DNA of 64,000 bases from Balanoglossus misakiensis (taxonomy: Eukaryota > Animalia > Hemichordata). A program made the position numbers and the translations under genes. Where the stretch lies: NCBI GenBank assembly GCA_040954595.2, contig CM082576.2, positions 6,265,129 through 6,329,128 of the forward strand. Direction: 5' to 3'. Under the pieces are notes generated by a model. It saw only the letters and a program-made list of their open reading frames with translations. It had not been told where the DNA came from and made no database searches. Of the stretch, positions 51,440 through 64,000 are shown piece by piece (the first letter of the stretch is position 1; each line of letters begins with the position of its first letter).

Positions 51440-53379
51440 CCTTTGATCAACGTCCTAGAGAGGAAAAAGAAGGGTGACGATGAAGGACAAAGTGAATGAC
51501 TGTGAAGAAAGTAAATTGTCTGTTGTCAATTAAATGCCCGACCATAGAGGTGAACGATCAGCGACATGTGAGTTTATCCCCTGACATTATTATGAGGCCA
51601 ATAATGGTGGTACAAATATATTGCAGCATGTGTTTGTGACGTGCCGTGTTGAGAGAATACATGACTCACGGCTATAGTATTGTTGAGCATTGGGCGTTAA
51701 CCTGTCGGTGGCACATGGTAACGGTACAACCGTTATTGTTGCGCGGGATCTCACTTTGCTATGAAAAATTATCGATCTTTCCTCCGCTCGTTGCCAGAAG
51801 AAATACTCATTTCAACAAAGGTAATAACGCCGTGGTGTTTTCATATGAGAAATAGAAAACAGTGAAGGATCAGTAAAAATCGAACCTATCGTAACATCAT
51901 CCCCGTCGCTGCCTCGTCCCCCCTTGGAAGAAAAATGTACATGAACTGTCCGCAGTTGTTTCGATTCTTTTGCATAATTTTGACCAAATTTGTGTAAACA
52001 AGTATGGATGCGGAATCTGGAAAGTTGTGTAGAATAATTTCAGTGTTATTATTTTTTTTGTCTGGAGCAATGTTCGAGACTGGCCTTTTGTTTTGCAATT
52101 CTTTCATTGGGAGCTTACGTTGGTCTGCTGTGGTACACCCGCAAGTCGGGCTAGTCGGACTCGCGTAATTTTCATACTGTTGGTTCACCGTGTAAACAGC
52201 GCTATAAATAAACCGCGGTTCGTGTCAGTGAGGGGTGGGGGGTGGACAATGACCCTGATCTTAACCAAGCCGTGTGTTGTTCGAACCGTCAAACCCGAGC
52301 ATGGTGGAAGCAGGTACCTATTGTTCGCCTGATAATAAATGGATGTCAGGTTGCAATGCACGAACGACTAATGATCTTCAGAATGGCGCGTAACCTTAAG
52401 TCTACCTAACCATCTTTTTAGAACATTGTCCATCCCCCAGGCATGCATACCTGTTGATCAAGGCTATCTTACTCTTTTGTGACGAGTTTATAATCAAACA
52501 AGATGTTTTCAAGTCAGTGCCACGGAATCTGAAAAGGGGAACATTTTTTTTTCAAAATATCTTTCCCCTTCCATAGGTGTTTGCGAACGCTGTTTATGCA
52601 CGCGCATATCGGAAACAGACCGTAGTTCGTCACAGCTTGCAACGATTACGCAAACACGGAATATTTTAGGGAAAGGGAATGCAATAATAATAATAATGTA
52701 TTGTGTTCCGAAGGAAAGTATTGCCTATAGGGGCCTAGATCGAGTCCAACGTCCCATTTTGGTGCAAACGCACAAACAATCCTTGAACTGGTTTCACCGA
52801 TTAGGCCTAACGCAAGAATAGCTCGACTCTATCGATTTTATTTTAAACTCAAACGACGGGGCTTTACCATTGTCTGATGTGTAATTTAATACGTGGGATT
52901 CAATTGAAGTCGTGAAGGTGTAACGAGACGAGAAAATCTGACCGGGTTAATGAATGTTATACTAGGCCTATGCTTAGTCCGCGAATGGGTGAGACCGCAT
53001 CGAAGTTTGACAGGGAGAATCGACGTATACGTAATGGCATTCACTTACACTTTATTTCTGAAATCGCACTGCAGGTGAAGCGTTGAGTGGTTATTACAAA
53101 TGCTTAACGTTAAGTCAAAAACTAACGGAAAGCCTTACGTCATACTTTCGATTAAGTGACCAGTTCGTTAGCAGAGAGTGTGACCAGCGATTCGCACGGT
53201 GCACGTAACATAACACGAACAGGAGGACACGTCGTCACAGCGAAAGCGCTTGTGTTAAAGCCAGCCACAGGTGAAAGCGATCGCGGCATTGTGTGCACGT
53301 CGGTCCTGGAGGTCGCAAGGGTCTCTATGCACACACACCAACGCCTGTGTGACGACCAAAAGAAATCCGCCATCTGAAG

Positions 53380-53665
53380 CTTACCTGTCAGATCAGGACA
53401 ACCTTAAGATATTTTTCCGACGCTGAAATATAACCACCTGGACAAAACCACCCACCTCTATCGCGGTTCCAGGCTTCACCCACTCGCTTGGACTCTTTGT
53501 CTGGAGTCAAAATTTGCAGAAATCGCACGATTTATACACTCTCAGTATGCGCTACCGGTATTACACTCGAAATAACACTGTGAAATCCACTCCAGTGTAT
53601 TGGGGTCAGTCTGGGCAAATCACGTGACAGCCGCATCCTGGTACATTTGTCATGCAAATAAGAGA
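53380..53665 (-). promoter_or_regulatory. Putative promoter and non-coding first exon of gene B
   Basis: Minus-strand donor CAG|GTAAGC at ~53384, TATAAAT 53530-53536, E-box CACGTG 53621-53626, octamer ATGCAAAT 53652-53659; the gene B ATG exon begins with an acceptor at ~51455. Confidence 0.5.
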
Positions 53666-55019
53666 AAGTGGTTGTGATCCAATGCAACACACACCAGCAA
53701 GCATAAACGTGTGTACAAAACCATCAAACTCGACCAAGTACTAGTATACCTATCCCCTGTTGCCATGGATATCCTTCTAAGGGACTTCAGGATAAATTTT
53801 AATCCACCCAGTCTCCTTTATACCGGAAAGATTTTCCGCATGTAAACTTTCATTGTAGAAAAAGATATGAATACATTATTTTACGCTTTCATTTCTTTGC
53901 AAACGATGAAAAAAGGGTTATATAAGTTACTGTGAAATAATTTTTATAAGAATGATTCCATGATACACAACCCAACGATGGGAGTAAGAAACACGTTTTC
54001 ATACACAGAAGTAGGCCCATCACTACGATGATTTTACCTGTACATGTAACTCGGTCAGTTGACTTTGTTTAGTCATTGCACTTTTCGTTTTGTTTGGGAC
54101 TGAAAACAAATCTAACTTTCTCTAACACGACATCCATCAGTTATAGCAGCCACTAACTGTAAATGTATCGACAACTATTTTAGGCCTCAGTGGTTGAATG
54201 TAGACTTTTGGTCGGACTTTTTGTATGCTGCGCGCAATCCGTCTTTGTTATTGGTCGCCCAGGGGCGCGTTGTCTCCTGCACGTACACCTGCCGTTCACT
54301 TATGATAGGTGAATTTGGGGCATAGGTACCCGAACCGCACGGTTTGGTTAGGTCTGGGTATAAATGTTTTCGCGGGGCGATCTCCCTACCCGAAACAAAC
54401 ACAGCTCGGCTAGACAATTGTTCAACTGGGATGAGCTAACTGAGTCTCCTAGTAACGCGCGCAGGTCTTTTCAGTCAAAACTCTCAGTACGTCAAAATCC
54501 ATTCCAGCATTGATGAAAAATAAATAGAGCGTGTGACCCCGATTTTCTCCTTTGAAAAGAATCTTTGCATTCAGATCTTAGTATCGACGACTCACTGCAC
54601 AGTGGTTGTGCGAAGAAATGTCGCTTAGGCCTATTGCCTAAAGCTCAGGCCTAGGTCCTATATTTTGGACTTTGGCGAATGACAATAGAGAACTTTGATT
54701 CTTTTGGAACTTTTGTCAGATCCAACGGAGCTGTCAAAAAAAGATAAATCAAATGCTATCATAATGATAGATGGTTTTTAGGCCCTCACATTTTGATCGT
54801 GTGAGATCTCGTGATGTAGTTGGCTTGAAAAGCCTGTCCATGCACGCCACACGGGTTCCAGTGTAGCTCTGGAAACGCAGCTTTTATGTAGTGTGACGGT
54901 GTGAGTGGTCGCATTTGCCAAAGCTGCTCATTGGAAATATTGTAGAGATAGTCTGTAACTTGTGTTAAAGTTTGTAAACCAGACCTTCTCTCTATATGTC
55001 AGTCCGCCACCACCGGTTT

Positions 55020-55070
55020 ATGTCCAAACACAACAGGAAATGACGTTTTGGGGTCAAAGGGCACATGATA
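55020..55070 (+). promoter_or_regulatory. ABCB10 proximal promoter motifs (ETS-like and nuclear-receptor DR1-like)
   Basis: CAGGAAATGACG at ~55034 and GGGTCAAAGGGCA at ~55051-55063, about 110-135 bp upstream of the ATG; motif match only. Confidence 0.3.
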
Positions 55071-55168
55071 CTGTCAGGTGGGCCGGCTGGCTGCTACTGG
55101 AGTTATTAGCTCTGCCGTTTTGTTTTCGATATTCGAGGCAAGACCCTCGAAAATATTGATGATTCAAA

Positions 55169-55847
55169 ATGTTGTCCGGTAACTTCTCTAGGATTGCCGC
55201 CAACTGCAACACTGCAACAACGAGGTTCCTGTTCGCAAGTCGGCAACCTCACACCGCTGGTCGACTGGTGTCGCCGATGTCGTCTGCAATGGGATCAAAC
55301 CAGTTCAGTATCAACACGCTAAGGACGTTCGGTGATGCAGCTAGGAATATGGGGCGTATGCGTATTGCCAGGACTGGCCTTTCCGTTCCAGTATTCTGTA
55401 TTAACCAGGTAAAAGTGTGTAGAAACGTTGTAAATAGGACGTTGCAACGTGGGAGACGATTTCATCATCATGGAAGGGAGGACGCCAAGTCGAAGATATG
55501 TGGGCAAAGGACAAACACTTCAACTGCTGGGCTTGTTGTACCAATGACAAGGCAAAAGTGTCAATCATCTCACTGGCGTCAAGCTAGCACCGTTATCAGA
55601 AGGACGTTTTGCTCGAAACCCGGGCAAGGGATAAAGTCAACAAATTCAGTTCCGAAAAAAACTTTCATTCCCAGCAGATCAGAATTATCGCGATTACTGT
55701 CGTTAGCCAAGCCTGAAAGGTCAAGATTGGCAGGTAGTTGATTTTATATTTTTTCATGGTTGTCCGACTCTACTCATTCAGTCAATTAAATAAATGAAAA
55801 AGATTTAATAAGCAATATTTTTATCTCATTGTCAAGTAGTATGAACT

Positions 55848-55933
<86 letters not shown>

Positions 55934-58900
55934 TGATATTACTGTTCCTGTATTAAAGCGTAATTTTCTTGTTCTTTACAGGTGCAATTTTGCTATTATT
56001 TATTTCAAGCAGTGTGACCATGGCTGTACCTTTTTGCATGGGCAAAATTATAGACATTATTAACATGTCATCAAATACAGATGAAATGTTATTGACCCTG
56101 AAGAGGATAGCCAAGATTCTTGTCTGTGTATTTCTGTTTGGCGCTAGTGCTAACTTTGGACGTGTCTACCTAATGCAAACCTCAGGTACGTCTTATGTCA
56201 AAGAATCAAATTCAATGAATGTCATTGGAAGGAAAGCGGAACAAATCGACTGGGATTTAATATCAAGAAATATAATTCCGAAATAAAAATGTCTTATCTC
56301 TGGAAGAAACATGTAATTGTTATTTAATATACTGTATGATACATGTATTGAAACAGCTTATACTTATTTCTTGTCAGGTCAAAGAATCATTAAAAGGTTG
56401 CGAGAATTGGTTTTTGGCTCGATTCTCAAACAAGACATTGCGTTTTTTGATAAAGTGAAGACAGGAGAGTTGATCAACCGTTTGTCAGCGGATGCTCAGC
56501 TTGTAGGTCAGTCGGTGACCAGCAATGTGTCGGACGGACTGAGAGCCACTGCACAAGTCATAGGCGGTGTTGGTATGATGGTAAGATACATTTATCTCCA
56601 CATATTGTTTCAGTGTTTTAAAGGTATATAGTCACTGAATTTTTCTGCCTTCGTCATGTTCCAAAAATAATCAGGTTGTCAGTTGTGCCAGTCAGAATCC
56701 ATGGCATGGTGACCAAGTTTGCAAGACACCCTAATTTTGTTATTATTCTTGTTGACAGTTTTACACATCACCACAGCTAGCCAGTGTGGTCTTGGCCATT
56801 GTGCCCCCAGTTGCTGGCTGTGCTGTCATCTATGGCAGGTACATGAGGACAATTACGAAGCGTGTTCAAGACTCCCTAGCTACAGCCACAGAGGTGAGTT
56901 TCAAGTTCTCATTTGAACTCTCAGGTCTCTGAATGGAAACAAAATCTGCTGTCATAATGTGGAAATGTGACAAGTACACTTTCTTGCTTTTCTACCAATT
57001 GAAATGTATGCATCAAAGGTAGAAGCAACACAAACATGGATTTCTACATTTCCCTCTAGGTTGCTGATGAGAGGATCAGTAACATCCGGACTGTGAGAGC
57101 ATTTGCCCAGGAATCCAGAGAGAGTCAGACATATTCCATGCAGCTGGAAAAAATACTCAAATTAGTTTACAATGAAGCATTAGTGAGAGCTGGATTCTTT
57201 TGCATGGTAAGTCGCATGGTAATGTAAGTGTTTGGTAAGTCATCTTGTAACATCAGCATGGTACATGTAATACAGAATACAAATTGAAACTTATTTTCCT
57301 GAAAACTTAAACTGATTTATCATAAGGTGACTAGTGTTTTTCTTTCATTTCAGATGGGTTTATCTGGCAATCTGATCATGTTATCAGTTTTATACAGTGG
57401 TGGTATGATGATGAACTCGGCTCAGTTAACTATTGGCGATCTTTCTGCATTTCTACTCTATGCTGGTTTTGTTGGTGCTTCAATAGGAGGTAATGTCTCC
57501 ATGTGTAATGCGTAGTCTTGAGAGAGTTCAACTGCACTTTATATGTGAAGCAGAATTTGACCGCAACTACTCCAGGATAACAGAAACTTTCTCAAAATGT
57601 ACTATTTTGTTTTCCAGGACTCAGCTCTTTTTATTCTGAATTGATGAAAGCCCTTGGTGGCAGTACCAGGCTGTGGGAATTGATAGACACGAAACCATTA
57701 ATACCTCTCACAGGTAAGCAAAATCTGAAACAAAAGGAAAGCTGGAACTTTCAAGGAAGCAATTTTTTTTCTAGTTGGTTGTCCTCAAGAAGGTCGTATA
57801 CATGTACACATATGTCAGTGTGTATAGTGATGTTGAATGCGTGTTACATACAATATTTTGAATTAAAAGAAATCCATTGTATTTGAATATCTCACAGATG
57901 GATTGCGACCAGCTTTGTCTGAACTAGAAGGTGCAATACATTTCCACAATGTTCACTTTACATACCCAAGTCGTTCTGAAACGGCAATAATTCAAAACTT
58001 AGACCTTCATGTACCTGCTGGATCAGTAACTGCAGTGGTTGGATCCAGTGGTTCTGGGAAATCCACTCTGGCATCGTTGCTTATGAGATTTTATGACCCT
58101 GATCAAGGTAAGGCCAAAAGCCAAATTCTGCGTAAAGTCAACTGTCTGTATAAAGTTGTTTTTTTTGTACTGGTTGACAAACAAATTATGCAGCACTGTG
58201 TTTCTGAATACATTTACTAGTACTGGTAAATTGTATTAAAGGGCATGTCTTTTTTTTTCTAAATTTGCCAATCTTTTTTCAGGCCATATCTCGATAGATA
58301 GTATGGACATACGGTCTTTGAGTCCAGAATGGTTACGATATCAAATAGGAGTTGTGAGCCAAGTAAGTATGGTCAAAAAGTTTTTAAAAATTCACTTTTA
58401 AGTACTCTGTGTTCCTCGACTCTAAATTACTGTGTTGTCCTAGGATTTTCAAATTGAAGTTTTGTTTTTGCAGGAACCCATTTTGTTCTCCAGCTCCATC
58501 GCCGAGAACATAGCCTACGGAGCTGCCGACACGAAACAGGTAACAGCGGAGGATATCCAGGAAGCTGCCCGGAAAGCCAATGCATATCACTTCATTCAGG
58601 CGTTTCCAGATGGGTTTGACACACTGGTGGGGGAAAGAGGAATTATGCTATCAGGTAAGGAGATCAAAGATTACCTTCACATGTTCAATCCATACAGCAT
58701 TCTCCATGGTAGCTCATGACTGCAGAATCACTGTTTGTCCAGAAATATCAGTGTTCTAGCATGTAGACCTCCTTGTTGATGTGATGACAAATAAACTCTT
58801 CATTTTCATTTCCGTAGGTGGACAGAGGCAAAGGATTGCCATTGCCAGGGCTATACTCAAAAATCCTAAAATACTGCTCCTGGACGAAGCAACAAGGTCA

Positions 58901-59409
58901 GTCAGTTCATGAAACGTCAATTTTCTTGTGAATCCTGACACTGCATGAAGAATAAACGATCTGGCACAGCCAAAAATTCAATCACGTCGGCATCATAATT
59001 TCACAAATTCACAGTAGACGCTCAAAGGAACCCCCGCAACAGAAGCCAATACATAGAAGCTGTGCGTGTGAGAGCCGATATATCGGCCTATGATGAGCTC
59101 ATGCTGACAAATTCTGAAATAAACTATTTAATGTTTTTTTTATCATCTGTGTCTAGTGCCTTAGATGCTGAGAGTGAGTTCCTTGTGCAGGAAGCCTTGG
59201 AGAGAGTAATGGTTGGACGGACGGTGATCACAATCGCTCACAGATTATCAACTATCAAGAATGCCAACACCATAGCTGTACTGCAGAGCGGTTCCATAGC
59301 TGAACTGGGCAGCTACGATCAACTCATGGCACTTCCTGACGGGATTTTCCGGAAGCTTGTGGAGAGACAAACGGTCATGACTAGCGCAGAACTCGTAGAT
59401 TTGGAGTGA
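55169..59409 (+). CDS. ABCB10: ABC transporter B family member 10, mitochondrial half-transporter, 12 exons
   Basis: Exons 55169-55733, 55982-56185, 56378-56580, 56759-56893, 57060-57206, 57354-57489, 57618-57713, 57898-58107, 58283-58362, 58474-58654, 58818-58896, 59157-59409. Long Arg-rich presequence; RLLSLAKPE; [15 protein letters not shown]; [10 protein letters not shown]; Walker [10 protein letters not shown]; [14 protein letters not shown]; Walker [13 protein letters not shown]; IAHRLST. Confidence 0.95.
55848..55932 (+). repeat. (ATCA)n microsatellite in ABCB10 intron 1
   Basis: About 21 perfect ATCA units; a shorter tract occurs at ~61957-61992. Confidence 0.97.
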
Positions 59410-61147
59410 CATTGCTTCAGAAGATTGCAATTGCTGATTACAGGGGAGATACTTGTTGTGTATGAGAGTGTGTGTGTGTGGCAGCTATAACCATGGTAGA
59501 AAGAAATGATTACATTAGCCTGGATGGAAGAAGTCGAGATTCATTTTACTTATAAAACTGAACACATGATGATATTAATTGAATATCATATCTTATTGAT
59601 ATTGAGGCATTGATAATAAATGCCAAAATACAGCTTCAACTTATAGAGATGTGTATACTGGAATAACAGATTTTTCAAAGACTTTTTTGTGTAAAGTGTT
59701 GGATTTATTTCTTCTAGAATATTTTAATCGTGGGATTGTATGTAATGTAATTTTATTATTTTATATTGTAGTGTTATTGTTAAGGGCATTATTTTGCTTG
59801 TGTTACCAGAGTTTCCAAATCGTTTCCACCAGGGTTCCTGTTGGTATATCAATGCAGTCAGTTTGATGGGTGGTAAAAGCATTACCAAGCTTACCAAATC
59901 ATTACCAAAGTTCTCCAACCTAATAGCAAAAAGACTACATGTATATTATTCACTGCAAGTTTGAGAGCTTCTTTTCTTAAATATATACGCCTCATGGAAT
60001 GTAAATGTATGGAAGAATGTTGATGTCTTGTAATTTTGTGCAAAACATGCATATCATGTCAGCCAAAAATTGGTCCACCCATTTGTGGACAGTAAAATTT
60101 GAATCCATTTTATACAATACTGATCGACAAGCCTTGAAATTGTATACAGTACTGATCAACGAATCTTGAAAAGGGATAATAGCTTTATAACTCTTAATAC
60201 AGCAACTCCTGAAATAGATGATTTTTATGTGTGCTACTTTCTCTACAAAGTTTGTGCATGGAAGTGATAATCATGGAAAGATGAAAGTTTAACTTGGACA
60301 GTGAAAGAAACCACTATATAAAGTTGGAATATGGCAGACACAGTAAATGGCGAATGGCAACTAGTCGAGTTATGGGAGTCGCAAGTTCATGTAAATTATA
60401 ATAAAGAATATTTGCATCCAGACCTTCACACCGTGTTAGTCTCCTGTTATATAATTCACCATGAGCAGGTTGGTGATTCTTTTATCATCTACTTTAATAC
60501 ATGAATGTCATTTCATAAAAAAGTCATGTTGACCACTAAGTCAGCTAATGATCTGGGCATTTTGCATTTTCTCCACATCAATGACATCACTACACCATGC
60601 TGTATTTGAAGCTTAGCTGAAATGTTTCACATAATCCCCCCCCCCCCCCAACACACACGTTTATTTGGGGGATATGGCTTCAAGTCCTGATAGTCACTAC
60701 TTGTGTTGATCATGAACTTCACAGCTTGGTGCAGCCAAGCATGATCATGGCCTATGTAAATCCTATATACATGTACCATATGAAGTATACATTCACGTTT
60801 AGGACCATGCATGCAGGGTATTTTCAACACCATAATTCACTATATGGGATATACTTTGCATTCAAAAGCACCTCAGACATTTGGTCTGGAATTGTAAATG
60901 CCAAAAGCATCTGACCTGCAACAGCACATGAGCATCTGCTTCTATGAAGATGCCGCGAGAACACAAAACAGTTCTGAAGTTCAACTCCAGAAAAATTGGA
61001 AAATACAGGAAGTGGCCGAATTTCAGTTTTGGTGTGTCGTGCCAAGAACAAGATGGTGGTGTTCATGTAACAATGTAAAACATGCGGCATCACCAGTACT
61101 CACCAGGTGACTGAACTGAAATTATGCAATGAAAAGCAAGATGCAAG

Positions 61148-63872
61148 CTAACTCTGAGATTTAAAATCTTTCAAGAGGTCTAAAACATCCATCCGACTAA
61201 TTCCCTTAAGATCTTTTTTAAATTCTTTCACAGTGTATTTGGGGTGATGTGTTCCTAAATAGTCCAAGTAAGCTAGTGTCCCACTTGGTGTTTTCTTTTC
61301 CCAATATGTAATTTTTTTGTTGGGTACATTTTTCCTACTGGCCAGGTGCCTCCAGTCTTTGACGCAAGCGGCTGGTGGGTCCATTAACATCATCAGATCA
61401 TCTCTTTGGTCTTGTGTGAAATCTTTCACCAAAGGTTCTTTCGAAGTGAAAAACTTGTCTGCAGGAACAACTAGAGAGATAATAACCACACATTTTAAAT
61501 GATGCAGAATAATTGAAATATGAATCTGGAATAAATAGCAGTATTCCTGTCTACTAGACAGTAGAATTGGCCATTTTAATGTTTCGAAATTTGAAATGTT
61601 ATATGACTCTCAACTACATGTGTGTTGAATTAAATAAGACTTGCTTTTTAAAATCAATTTCTTTTCCATAACTACAAATTTTACATACCTTGGTCCTCAG
61701 AATTACATCCAGGGTTTGGACATTTACTGCTTTGGCTCTGGGTCTCTGATTTATTATCATCATGAGTCTAAAAAAGAGATTACGAAAAAAAGATCAGAAA
61801 CATTCTTCTCAGATTTAACGTTTTCATGAAAATGTACTGTGTAAAAATCTGACACATTACTTTCTGTAAGAGTACATTTAATATCCAAAAGCTACAGAGC
61901 AGTCTTCTGGTGAACCATAATACCCAGTGAATGACAAAAGATGTCACAACACGACCAATCAATCAATTAAAATCAATCAATCAATCAATCAAACTATAAT
62001 CATTTCATACATCATACCTTAAAGACTTTAGTTTCTACATCACCTCTGTCTGTACTATCACTAGGTGACTCTGAAATGAATTCAATCAAATTACACTTAC
62101 AGAAAATAGGGGTGTATTGTAAACCATTTCAACAGTATTGACATAATCCATGTGTGAGATCTTTACTGGTTACACAATTTTTTTTGAAAATAATCTCTTA
62201 AATTTTATTATGCTTTTTAAAAGTACTTTCAAGTTCAGACTAAAATCATTCTTTATTCATTTTTTTTCAAATATTCAGTCTCTAAAAAATCGTCCATTCC
62301 AACATGTATAAGGTACGTGTTGTTGAGTTGTAAATTTGAATGACACCCACCAGGGTTTTTATTCTCCTCCTGAGTCGCTTCCACTTCATTGTCTTGATTT
62401 GTCGGTGCATTGCCGCCATTCTATAACAAAGGGCATCAAAAGTTGTCAAACCTCTTTCAAACGGGCGTATACAGCTAACTGCTTTCTTTTGCACAGATTT
62501 GTGTTCGTGTGCATGCGTTGGTTTTTCAACTCTATTGTGTTCTAGGATTGGCTGCTTGTACGGTAATATGCGATCTATATGGTTTTACTCTTCAAGCAAA
62601 AGAAGTTGAATAAAGTTTCAAGAAAATAATACTGTTTTACTCTAATTATCTTGGCCTGCAGTGTATTCGGTATGGTTAACTGTTAGGAATGGACATCCCT
62701 CACCCACACAATGACAGTCAAATAAGCTATATTATTCTGTGAAAAATCACTGTGTGTATTGTGGTTTCTTTTAATACCTGTTGAGCTGACTGAGTATTAT
62801 TACATCCATCACTCTGTACTGGCAAACTGCACTCTTTATCAGGACCTACATCTGGATCTGTTGGCAAAATAAATTGATGTTGAAAATGACATGAACAATT
62901 TTACTGATTGATTAACACAGTCTGCAAAATGTCCATGTGAATTCATTGGCTACAAACTAACATACCAACATGAGCACTTGGCTCAGTGTCAATCACTTTC
63001 TCACTGTTGCCTTCTCCACTCTCTGTTGCCAGGACACGGTCACCTCCAACTGCAAGATTATTGTCTTCGCTGTTGCTATCGGAGGCTGTGGTGATAGAAA
63101 GAAAAAATGAAGTATGACATTCATGCCTGTGCACTCTTAATTATTGACCTTCTCAACTACATGTACAGGGACATCACATTCCCAAGATCTATTGTTACTA
63201 TGGTTACTTACATCTCATGTCTTCTCGTTTGAATTCCCCCTGACCTTGATCGCCAGCATCTACAACCAGTTTAGGACTGCTGTCATGGGCCGGGCCTTCT
63301 GTCACTCTTGATTGGTTGTCAGCTTGAGGATCGCCAACAGGTATATTGTCGTGTTCATTGGAGGCTAGAAGATCAACATTATATATGTGATAAGTCATTA
63401 ATCATTGTACATCATCCACTGGAATAATTCACACACTGTTTGCATGTCAGACCATCAGATCATCAGATCTCTCAGTCACAACCCGATTCTGCTTTCTCCA
63501 CAAAAGCAATTTTGTTCTCATTGATTCATTCGGAATGCAACTGCAAGACATACAGCCATAACGTCACACTACTCACACATTTTGTCCTGAAGCATGAATA
63601 AACCTTCATTGCCACCAGCGCACACTGTTGGACTTGATGAGTAACCGGTCATTGCTGTGGGATCCAGTGACTCCACAGGCTCTTTGCGTGGACTAACAGC
63701 ACCGGTATTCTCTGGATATGCAAATAATACAATATAATGTACAGTGAAAAAGACAAACTCTGGAAAGTCTGCATTTTTTTTAATTTGATACCCAAGAAAA
63801 ACTTCATACCTTGGACGTGTGCTTCTCTGTATGAAAATGGTTGGTTTGGCCGCTCAACGAATGTGCCTGGGC
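61148..63872 (-). CDS. 3' part of a death-domain protein (EDAR/EDARADD-like DD); 5' end lies outside the window
   Basis: Last exon 61458-61148: LMMLMDPPAACVKDWRHLASRKNV...SGTLAYLDYL...TVKEFKKDLKGISRMDVLDLL fits the death-domain pattern. Upstream short phase-1 exons (~63872-63810, 63712-63604, 63364-63209, 63085-62966, 62857-62779, 62070-62019, 61767-61690) encode acidic, Ser/Pro-rich low-complexity sequence. Confidence 0.75.
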
Positions 63873-64000
63873 CTGTGGTAACAAAAACACGACTGTCACG
63901 GTACTTATATATTTAGATCCTGACTATAACATATTCAACAGCCAGCAACTTGATTCAATGACAGATTGGCTATTTACCAACTATTTACGACACTATAAAA

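Noticed and set aside
51460-55000. Possible hidden gene or transposon between gene B and ABCB10
   Set aside because: No coherent spliced ORF, transposase/RT motif or terminal repeats were found; it is explained as gene B's first intron plus divergent promoters.
442-63398. Numerous 60-180 aa ORFs in the supplied track (e.g. 1542-2087, 22601-23014, 43301-43828, 49975-50469)
   Set aside because: Antisense shadows of real exons or random intronic ORFs with no recognisable motifs.

Overview
AT-rich, intron-containing animal genomic DNA, most plausibly a marine invertebrate; the species cannot be fixed from sequence alone. I reconstructed seven spliced genes by hand from GT-AG boundaries, so exon coordinates may be off by a few bases. 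Housekeeping genes: steroid sulfatase-like (-), fumarate hydratase (+), WDR92/DNAAF10 (-), ABCB10 (+), and the 3' part of a death-domain protein (-). The central 34 kb (19-53.5 kb, - strand) holds two tandem, large, modular type I membrane protein genes that I cannot assign to a named family. They share a membrane-proximal SEA-like domain with a G-S-I-x-V autoproteolysis-type motif, a TM helix, identical intron positions in this region, WAP domains, and a repeated 8-Cys module I cannot name. Their ectodomains differ. Gene A has WAP, antistasin-like and 4 thyroglobulin type-1 (TY) domains, ending in an EpCAM-like TY-SEA-TM order; one TY carries a large insert with a furin-type site. Gene B has about 27 EGF, 6 short vWC/pacifastin-like, 4 WAP and 5 Lustrin/WR1-like domains, a tail with FDNETY and -SKV, and clear signs of recent exon duplication and shuffling. 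Small MITE-like inverted repeats and satellites are also present.
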